Shown: positions 1 to 10,088 of the stretch, in pieces
Layout of the letters: every line of letters starts with the position of its first letter
How positions within the stretch are numbered: position 1 is the stretch's first letter
DNA from: Penicillus capitatus
Taxonomy: Eukaryota; Plantae; Chlorophyta
Assembly: GCA_965649825.1 (NCBI GenBank)
Contig: OZ287696.1
Span: 1,398,081 to 1,462,080 of the forward strand
Reading direction: 5' to 3'
DNA: 64,000 nt
Translations under genes and position numbers: made by a program
The notes under the pieces: model-generated
What the model saw: only the letters and a program-made list of their open reading frames with translations
Database searches by the model: none
What the model was told of the DNA's origin: nothing

Positions 1-1342
1 CGCCATTCGGATCCTGTTCTTCTTTCCAGATCCAGTGCGTGGCTTCCAACACCCCGTCCAATCCGGGAACGATCGCTTCGGCGATGGTGCAGTCTTGGTT
101 GTACTCGGCGAGATGTCTCTTTAAGGCGGCATTGGCAGCGCGTTCCTCCCTGACACGTATGATCTGATATAAAGACAGAAACGGAATGCGCGTGAAGTCA
201 CCTGAGGGACTGCTCAAGTGTAGCTTTCTCGTTTTGGTGAGCTGTCATCAGAGACTCGTATTTATCATCTCTTTTCTGGTAGCAGTGCAATGCGCGCAAA
301 GCTGTCTCCCTTTCTATATCGAGTGTCTCTCGAGCATCTCGCAGCTCGTTTACTAAACCATCCCTTTCTGCCTCGCAGCGACGAAGTTGCTGAACAGCAC
401 AGTGGTTTTCAAAAAAGCACGCCGAAATCTGTGCCTGACTTCAGACAATGCATCTCTTGTTTCATTGGCGACGCGTAAACGCTCAGCGAGTTCCCTGACT
501 TGAGTTTGAAGACTGTCGAGCGTCTGTTTAAATGAAAGCGCACTGATCTCCTTCTCTTGCTGCAGCGCACTGATTTGAGACTGTGACGTCTCCGCATGTC
601 TGCGTTCGCGTAAGACATCGTCTTTGAGAGTTTCGACTGCCTCTTCAAGACGCGAAATCGTCATTGGACGACGCAGGCTCCGTTCGAAGGCGTCTGAACA
701 TACACACACGCTTACAAGACCTGCACGCCGCTGGTAAAGCGCAATTACTGCGAGGCTCGGGATGACGTAGAGCCGACGGGACTGCACCACGCGCACTGAG
801 GGCCCTTGGTCTGATCATCTCTTCCGTGCTTTTCGCAATCGGTCGCCAAGTGATCGCTCCGCTGGGCATCCAGATCTGCCGAGTCGGCGGTTTTCTCGGT
901 GGGATACGCAATCGCAGTTTTATGTCCTTCGCGCCGCACACGCTCACCGGCTGTTCATTCTTCACCGACGTGCCGATCGCCTACTTAGCGTTCTCAAGAG
1001 CGCGTTATACTATCATTGCTGTCGAACGCTTTCTTGCTGCTGTGCATCTGTCTGCTCCTCCGTCTCTTCCAAGACAAGAGTATCTCTGGCAAAAGGGGCA
1101 GAGTAGTAAGAACCGCCTCCACTGCCGTCTAGTGCAGATGCCCATTCACAACGAATAACGCGTACCAAAGTCGGCGCGCCGTCTGCCTTAGCCAACACGT
1201 GTTCCACAGTGAGTTCTGCACATCGAGGGTCATCGATCGAAAAAAGGCAACAACCTGCCTGATAGTGTTCGAAAGTGCGCTTTCTGAACGTGCTGGACGA
1301 TTTGCTGCACCAATTGTCGAAACCGCATCTTGACAGACGCAC
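1..1342 (-). CDS. Hypothetical multi-exon coiled-coil protein (runs off left edge; boundaries approximate)
   Basis: Heptad-rich ORF 353-796 (ISRLEEAVETLKDDVLRERRHAETSQSQISALQQEKE...ELAERLRVANE). A further open exon follows an AG at ~160 (IIRVREERAANAALKRHLAEYNQDC...). Family not recognised. Confidence 0.5.
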
Positions 1343-1395
1343 TGATGACTTTCGGTCTCTGTCGTTGGCAAATGGCTTTCGGAATAACCGTCGTT

Positions 1396-2482
1396 ATGAA
1401 TACTGACTTACTTCTTGACGACCTTCTACCTCGTCCACTGCTGTTTCGTCGTCGAGCGACCCTCGGGTTGACATCATTGGCATATATCTACTTGTGAAAT
1501 CTTGCTGAAAGGTGTGAAACGTCACTGCGTGTCCTGCGTTGACGAATGTCGTGATGTAGCGGACGTTGTCGCAGGGCTGCAGCACAAGTGGAGTCAGAAA
1601 GTGGCCTCACTTGAGCAATGTCGACCGTTATATTGCCCAAACCGAAACCTTACCACTTGCCTCGATGTATGCTTCGAACTGGATGGTCTCGCACTTTTCA
1701 AAACAAGAGAACACGCCTCTGTTTTCATCCTGTGGACAGAAAACTCAAATTCTGAAGTTCTACGAACGGACGAACGTAAGAATCGGCCATTGCATTCAGT
1801 TTTTCTTCTGTCTCTGCGCTGGTCAGCAGAAGCGGTCTATCCGACTCTGCACGTATGATACGTAAAAAGCAGATGCGTGCAGCTGACGGACCAGATCTGA
1901 AAACCGTCGCATAGGGTTCACTCGAGCTCTCTTGTCGCCGTAGAAACTGTTTGCGCATCGCCACAATATCATTCGAAGACGTGCGTTTTCGGACACAGCC
2001 GTTCTGTATCTTGGCGCTGGATCGCATCCGCAGAGCACAGAGATGTGTTACTTTATCGGTATACCACCATCCCGCGCAACGACCGTATCGAAATACCACT
2101 TTTTCGGAGATTCGAATCGCCGTCGTCGTCCCTCGACACTAAAGAAAGCGCTTCTGCCATCTCCTTCCGAATCTCGACCCGCAGGACGCACATTCGTCAG
2201 CAGATCGTAGAAAGTGTCGTTGTGCATGGATCGTGTCTATCTGCCGCCGAATGCAGTTCGAGGCACGTCGTGAGATTCGAGATGGCAGACGTATATATGT
2301 ATCAACCGTCGATACATCCACAAAACACCTTGCGGTATCTAAACACTCTCTCTTTGAATGTCGTCAGGAAAAGTCAAAAGGAGAAGTGGCATTCGTCTCG
2401 GATTTTGGAGACGAGTAGAGCTGTGAGGTGTACTTCACGCTGTCCCGAAAGCTCGCATGTGCGCCTAAGACACGCGCAATAG
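1396..2482 (+). CDS. Possible intron-containing gene of unknown function
   Basis: Chain of plus-strand ORFs (1502-1858, 2045-2482) fills a gap between two minus-strand genes. No motif recognised. Confidence 0.2.
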
Positions 2483-2507
2483 GCAAACGGTATGATTCAC
2501 AGAGACG

Positions 2508-5500
2508 TCAAAAAACAGAACCTGTCATCGTCGCGCCACGCTGAGCCAATTCTTGCGGCAAAGAATCTAATGCGACATTTGCTTCGCGCAATGCTTTCAG
2601 TGCCGTCCTGCAGTTTCTTCTTCGCAGTGCAATTTCTGGATTCTCGCTCATGAGATCGGCGAATTGGTCCTCCCTAACAGACAACCGCATGTAAAGATGG
2701 AAGGTGGATAGGTGGGTGCATCAGGTGGCCAATCAGGAACGCACTTGTAAAGTGTTGCAATGAGATGCTGATGCAGTCCTTTCCTGGAACGGTTGACCAA
2801 AAATCGCATGATGGCTTTCGGGACCATATCTGCAACATTCTTCTCCACGATCGCCATATAGTTGTCCACCAGTTTTCGCGTAATCGCCACGGCCAAGTCC
2901 ATTTGAGATTGAAAACTTGTCCCTGGTGGCAAACTACTGAAGGAGTTCTCTATGCGACAGGAACAGCTTCATGATTGCGGATACGGAGTCGGAGTTTGAC
3001 GGACCTGGAGGAATGACAATAGGTTGGGTTGGCCTTGGCCTGGGCTTCGGAGACGGTGCTTCAACTGGCGTCGACTCTTCTCCGTTTTCTCTCTTTTCTC
3101 CACCTCTGTTGTCCCCTCCTCTGTTAAAGATATTGGTCAGCCAGTTTCCTTGATGGTTGCCTTCCGATGGATTTGATCCCCCCTCTCGTTCCACCCGACT
3201 TTCCGACTTCAGCATCTGACACACACAGGGTTCAGGTCATCGGAGAGAGATCTCAAAGGAGAAGTAGAAAAATTGATATCTTCAGGGGATAGGTATCCCA
3301 ATCCATGGCGACCTTGTTGATGGAGAAGAGAGAGGTCGCAGAATCATTCATGGAAGAGAAAGGCCGTTTTCGACACAAAGGAATGGGCGACAGAAATTGC
3401 GATGGATCTCTCGAATATCTCGTGTTCTGGACAAAACGACAAGACTCACGTTCAGACCAGCGATCACAATCAAGACAGACAGTCAGTCCCATAGTGCAGG
3501 ATCTGTTGTGCGTGCTACCTTGAGACCTGGCGGCATGATTGGGGCACCAATGGATTCCATCACAGGATTTCGCAAATTGCGCATCACGACTGGAGGATGC
3601 TGCATTGGAGCGGGCGTCTGGCCGTTCTGCGAACTGCTTTGAGCATCGGGTGATCTTTGCGGAAAACGTCGACTCCGGTCAGACAACACCTCAGCCACGG
3701 CATTGCTGCCTCCAATGAAATCTGCGTGATCGTAATTGATGTAATCGTATTCGCAGTCAATGAGATTCTTGATCATCTCCTCAGCCGGCAGTCCTCCTGC
3801 ACGGATGAATTCGGATGTGGCATCGAGAAGCTTCTTCTGTAGAGACACGAATCGGGACAGCTCTCTAGGAAAGCTCTCATTGGCAATCCTGAGCAATTCC
3901 TCTTGAACAAAATCTTTGCATTTGATCGCAGGCTCCAGTAAGGTCTTGATGGATCGACGTACGAGCAGTTCAAAAGGCTCTTGCGGAATTAACAAGGATC
4001 CAGATACACCTGAAAGCAGAACATCAGCCACGAGGAATGAGAATGAAATGCTGACGCACCAGTGCTGTTGCGTATGGTTGTGATAATCGTATCGTTGCTC
4101 AGTTCTGTCTTCCGGTCCATCTCTTTGAGAGATCGGCAGAACTCGTTCTGAAATATATCTCGAATCTTTGCCCCGCCTGGTCACATGGAATTCGGTCGAG
4201 TGTCTAAAGGCAGAGGTTTTACCGGAGAGATCGTGCACAATGGTTTCACTCCTTCCATCGAGCACAGCTGCGTATCTTTGACAGTATTCTGTCAACATGC
4301 TCAACAGAAGTGCTCCTCTGCAGCAATACCGATGTCAGTCAGAGAGGGATGTGCGGGTGAGTTGGAACTGTTCCATAGGAGTGTCGGCCGGGGCAGTGTC
4401 GCCATACAGTTTCATTTCCTGAGAGCGCTTATCAATCTGTGCTGCGATTCGCATCCTCAATCCAGGAAGCATGGACTGGATATGCGAAACCAGAATCTTG
4501 TTCAGTGATAATGCCAGATTCGTAACGCCGCACCGATCGATCACCTCACTAAAGCAGACGGATGGGTCAGTGCCAGTTGGCAACGGGATAACGCACTAGT
4601 ATTCTGTGTTCTCTTCAAAAAACCTCTCCTCGTTCTTCCGTGCAGCTCGCATGTCTGTTTTCTTGTTGATGTCTAATTGACTGCGATTCACGATGCCGAT
4701 GTAGCCTAATCTCAGAGGCACCACTTCATTTCTCAGCAGGTTCACGGCATTCGTCCCTTTGTCCATGATATCCAGCTTCGTCATCACACCTAATCACTCT
4801 TTCTCGTATTCGATTCATGAATATATGAGAAGTCGTGCCGATGGTTCGAATGCCTTCTGGATCCACTGCTCGAGCCATGCTCACAGCATCCGAATTTGCC
4901 AAATCCACGTTCGCAGCCGAAACGGCCAAGATGATGCAAGTGGGATGCTGAATGTACGAAATGATCATTTGGCGAATCAGCGATTCGATATCGGTAGGCT
5001 GATCCCCCACCGGCACACGTGTGATGCCAGGGAGGTCAACCAGGGTCATTGTCAGAACATGAAGACTGCAGATTTTGAGTCGAATGGGCGATTCAGAGAT
5101 TCCTTTTCCATCTCCTGCCACTCGGTCCGTCTCTGCTTGAATCTCTTTTCGGATCGCTTCGAAATCGGTGAACACTTTTCCTTTGGCATGGAGAAATTCT
5201 CCATACTCCTTTGGGCCTTCGGCATCGGGTTCTTGTCGTACAAGCTGCAGGACCAATGGACGCCGTGTGCAGATTTCGGGTCCTCGTGGTAGAAAATCCC
5301 GACCCACCTGTCACTCCCACTCCACTCTCGCGCATCACCACCACAAACGCATCGCTTACGAGTGCTTCTAGGACACTCGACTTTCCACTGCTCTGACTGC
5401 CAACGACCGCGACTTGTGGCAGCTCAACTTTGAAATCGAGTGTTATCTGCAATGCCCCCCTTTCGTGCACAAACGGCATGATGGATATCAACACCTGACT

Positions 5501-5563
5501 GAAGATATCTTGAAGTCTGTTGATAACAGGTATCAACGCCTCGCCGAGCGTTTCGGAGGGCAT
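2508..5563 (-). CDS. DRP3: Dynamin-related GTPase, DRP3/Dnm1-like (organelle fission)
   Basis: [21 protein letters not shown]; G1 [13 protein letters not shown]; [14 protein letters not shown]; DLPG; [10 protein letters not shown]; middle domain [14 protein letters not shown]; [12 protein letters not shown]...ENPEIALRR. Multiple ~50-bp GT-AG introns. Confidence 0.93.
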
Positions 5564-5661
5564 CGTGCAAACGAGGCCGGAGATAAGGACGCGTAAATGA
5601 AAGAAATGCGATACGTTATTTACAACATGTGCGCGTCCGAGAGACAGGATCATACGTCTGT

Positions 5662-8451
5662 CTATCTTTGAAGCTCATCCAACTCTTCCTTCTTCGCCTG
5701 AAGCTCTTTTTTCTGCAGGACAGCCAAACGTCGATGACGGCAGAAGAGTGAGAGCGAAGAGTGACCGTGCTGTCAAGAGAAGTGTTGAGTCTCTTGATTT
5801 TTCTCTCTAGGCTTTCGATGGAGTCTTGTTTCTCTTCAATGGCACGTTTCATCTGATCTTCCAGATCTCCAAATCTGTTGTCCAGATCCATGATTTCTTG
5901 TTCCTTCTGAGAGATCTGCTCCTGCAATCCTCGACAGGTCTCTTCCAGCTCGACATTATGCTCAAGCAATGTCACTTCTTTTTCCTGTTTCTCTTTCAAC
6001 TGCTCCCGAAGGGCCTTTAGTTCTTGATCAGATGATTTGATTGTTTTCTGCAGTGTAGGGATTCAGTGGGAGGGGGTAGAAGAAGAGAGGGGGACCTCGG
6101 ATTGTGCCAAATGTGCTTTTGTTGTCTCGGATTCTTTGATGAGGCGACTGACAGACTGACTGATGGTTGTATTCTCAGCCTGCAATTGCACAGTTTCTTC
6201 AGTCATGGGAGGATTGGATGGAAAGGCACACACTTGTTTTGCCTTGACTTGTTCACGAAGAGTGCCATTCTCTTTTTTCAATCCTGCCAAACTTGATTGC
6301 ATTTCTGTAAGTTTGTCCTGCAACAGAAACAAGGCATACATCAGACGCTCGTTACTGGCATCGCTGCACCTCTTTGTCTTTCAACTGTTGCTGCAAGGCC
6401 GTGAGCTCTTCTGTGGCTGCTCCATTCACCCGATGCGCTTCCTAAGTCGCAGTCATTGTCAGACGATGCGCCATGAAGATCGTGGCGTAGGACTTCTGCG
6501 ACTGTCAATTTCTGTTGAAGAGCAAGAATCTGTGCAGCCTGTTCCTCTGCACGTTTCTCAGATGTTGCTGCCTTCTCCTACGATGAATGGCAGAACGATG
6601 TCGTCTATTGTTGTGGTGTCTGGACAGAAACCGTTGCTGTGGTATGTGCTTTCTTCGCGGATTCAAGTTCTGCCTTCTGAGCTTCACACGTCTCTCGTGC
6701 GGCGCTTTCAGATTTCTATGCATACAAAACATGACGCTGTGCCAGACAAAGCAATCCGTTGCCTGGAGACTCTCGAGCTGTTTCTTCAATGCTGCGGTTT
6801 CCCCCAGTGCTTGCTCTTTCGCCTCCTTCTCTTTCTGTAATTCCGCCTAGGCGACCAGAGACGGATCAATGCGGTTGCAAAAGGACAGTCCTTCAGCCAC
6901 CTCTTTCTGCTTAGTTTCCGCTACCGCCTGCTCTTTTGCTTCCTTTGCTTTCAGCAGTTCGGCCTGTACCATCAGCAGACGAATCCATACAGGTGTCGAA
7001 AAACGGTAAATCTGTCACCTCTTTCTGCTTAGTTTCCCCTGCCGCCTGCTCTTTCGCCGCCTTTTCTTTCTGCAATTCCGCCTGTACACCCAAAAGACGG
7101 ATCCATTTCACTGTGAAACAGAGGCAAATGTGTCACCTCTTTCTGCTTAGTCTCCCCAGCCACTTGCTCTTTCGCCGCCTTTTCTTTCTGCAGTTCCGCC
7201 TGCGAAGCGAAAGGCCTATTGAGTTCAGCTACCAAAACAACAGTCGTGTCACCTCTTTTTCTTTGATCTGTGTTTCAAGCAGATCAACTCTCTGTCTATG
7301 ATTTGTCAAAGATGCTTCCATCTCACTACTCTTACCCTATTATTCAATCGAACGCATACACTCGGCATCACAGGGGCACGAACGCACCAACAATGCCTTC
7401 AATTCTTCATTCTCTTTTTTCGCAGAATCCAAATGTTCTGAGGCCTGATCCGACAGCAACAGAGCTACGATCTAGATCATACCCTAACTGCCACTTGCTT
7501 TCTTTGCCGAAGCTTCTGTATGCTCCTGAGCTCGTTTCTCCACTTTGTTCTTTTCCTCTCTCAATCGAGATACATCGGCCATCAGCCCCTTAATCTCGTC
7601 ATCTTTTGTTTGAATCGATTTTTCGCGTTCCGAGAGCTTTTGTTGCAATTGGGACTTGATCATGTCATTGGCCGCTTTATGCCAACGAATGAAAGCACGT
7701 TTACCTGCCACGGTCCTCTCATCCTGTCGATTCTGAGCAAACAAGGCATCTATCAGTTTCGATGACAGATTCCTTCCCATCCGCTGTTGTCCACGTTTAC
7801 CTGATACTCTTCACTGATCTGAAAAATAATCTGTTTGTACACGGTGACTGAATTCTCGGCAGATGCAGCGATGCGTTGCTTCAGGTCGAAAACACAGCCA
7901 AGAAACTCTTGTCTTGCAGACTGCGCTGTCATACCATTCATGATATCCAGAGCTGTTGTCGCTTCTTCGCAGTAAATCGCTACAAACAGCAGCGTCCTGT
8001 CGATCATCTCAACTTCCTCGCAGCTTCCTCACCAATTTGAATCACAAAGGCACGAGACAACAAGGTGTGCAAACGCTCATCCAATCGCTCATTCTGCTCA
8101 TCGCTCTCTGTCGAACCACAAAAACCGGCACAACTCTTCTCGAAGAAATTCAGTTGGCGCGGTTCTTCTTTGAGTTTCTTCAGCAGAGTCCTGATCCAAG
8201 CTGTATTCTGTGGGTTAGAAGGTTGATGATATCTACCTGGCTTCTCGGACAGTTTCATTCGTCCATTGTGTCATACGATTGGTAACGTTGCATGTATTAT
8301 TCGCGAGTCCTTGACGAACGCGGAGGACGTTATCCGTCATGCCGACAAATAGGGCGCTAAAACATCTGAGACGCAGGGCGCTGTCGGCGTTGCGAAGCTG
8401 AACAGATGTCAGAGACGCGCACTCCGAACAAAACGCCGCAAGCGCATCCAT
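5662..8451 (-). CDS. Long multi-exon coiled-coil protein, unknown function
   Basis: ATG at 8451 ([11 protein letters not shown]...). Successive E/K/Q-rich exons end [16 protein letters not shown] at 5662. Contains the repeated 21-aa exons. Confidence 0.7.
6783..7252 (-). repeat. Tandem exon+intron repeat, ~118-bp period, 63-nt phase-0 exons (7199-7137, 7081-7019, 6963-6901, fourth unit from 6846)
   Basis: Exons encode [21 protein letters not shown] / [21 protein letters not shown] / [21 protein letters not shown] / [21 protein letters not shown]. Introns are 53-55 bp with GAG|GTG donors and AG|GC acceptors. Confidence 0.9.
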
Positions 8452-8744
8452 GGTTTGAACAAACGAACAAAACAAATAAAGAACGAATCGAGGAAAGGCG
8501 CAACGAACGCACTCAACCGAACGGCACCGCTGCACCGACTGGATGACTCATCGATGCGTCAACGATCGCAACACCACGGGGGGGGGGTACGACCGACGTC
8601 ATGAAGACGCAATTAATTTCTACATGCTCTACTGAGTTACTTACTACCCGCTAACAAAAGAGCATCCGAGGCGGACTGCCCGGTCGAATGGATAACCGAA
8701 ACCCTTCGTCACATGGACGACTTGCCAAAGCTTCTGTTGCATTC

Positions 8745-9584
8745 TCAGGATGACGACGATGTTGTGTTGTTGTTGTTGTTGCACTGGACCTGAGAAGAGC
8801 CAACCTGCTGGCATCTCTTCTTGGCCAATTCCAGTTTGTAAAATTCGAGAAATCTGCACAAGCATGGTCACCATCAGCATCGAGAAAGGCAGACGTAACT
8901 GTCCGTTGTGCTTGACGGTCTTCCAGCCATCGTCTGCCTTGCGGGATGGATTCACTAAGCGTTTGACGTGGATGGAGAAAGAGCTTGGGGATTCGAACGT
9001 GGTCCCTATCACACAGCATCTGTGAGATCTATCCATGCCCTTGTGTTCAACGACGACGTACCTTTCCATTCAATCCTGCCGTCGCTGCGAATATTGGCCA
9101 TTTCGATTTTTCCTCGGTACTCGAGCGAGAGGGCATTGTCTCCAGGGGAAATAAGTTCCTCATCGATGAGGGTCTTTAGAGATACAGCGAGGTTTCGAGG
9201 GGGATTCAAACGTCTTCTTTTGGAAGGAGTCACTTTTGCTTGAGCTTGTCGCTTCAACATCTCGTCCCTTGCCTTCATTGCCTACATCCATCCACTCGGC
9301 ACTCCATCCACCTCTACGCCATTCTCTCACACTTTTTGGATCAGTTGTCCATCGTCATCGGTGTCTGTTGCACTATCATCCTTATTGCTCGCCGCCGTGC
9401 TCAAGCGCAGTTCAGGCGCTGCCGGTTCTGTCTGAGCTGAGACCGTGGATGGGAGATTCTTGAAGGTCAGACGCGGTTGTGTCCCAACTAAAAATCGAAT
9501 ACGAGGCAATTGATGTTCCTTGGATTTATCACGAAATTTCTCGGCTCCAGTGTCTACAGGTACTGAAGGAAGACTTGAACTCAT
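8745..9584 (-). CDS. Small stand-alone RAMA-domain protein
   Basis: Spliced product contains SLKTLIDEELISPGDNALSLEYRG...IRSDGRIEWKG-TTFESPSSFSIHVKRLVNPSRKADDGWKTVKHNGQ, the pattern of the RAMA domain (MPND-like). Three GT-AG introns keep the frame. Confidence 0.75.
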
Positions 9585-10088
9585 ACTCCTAGCGAATGTC
9601 TTGAAAACGAAGGTCACGCGATTCTTGTGTCGTTGATGGCGGTTTCGATACAGAAGACTTTGAAAAACGTTCAACGATTTTTGCTATCACAACTGTTCGA
9701 TTTTGGACGCAGAGGCTCTGAAGAAAACACCGTGTTGTGACGAAGACTGCGACAATGACAAGACAGCGACCCGTCTTGCCTCTTCGCTACCTGATGCGGC
9801 TCACTCGACTAGTTGACCCCACCACTCCTGCCAATTTCGCATCCGATGTGCCAGACGCATGTCTCTCCATGCATGATGCTGGAGGAGGGATGCGGTTTCG
9901 CCGATGTGGTTGTGGGATTGGCAGAATTCTGACGCTTTGGTGAGATGCCGTGTTGACGTTCCTAGGTGCCTGTTCTGTCTAAGGGAGTCGTTCTTTGCGA
10001 GGGCGCGCCGTTATCTGATGATGGACAGTGGTGTGGCGGGACTTGCGATGGTGAATGTGGGAGATGTGACGTTTTGCATGGTCGCTGA

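Noticed and set aside
8575-8590. G-homopolymer run in the intergenic gap
   Set aside because: A single run with no G-quadruplex pattern; homopolymer length is also assembly-sensitive.
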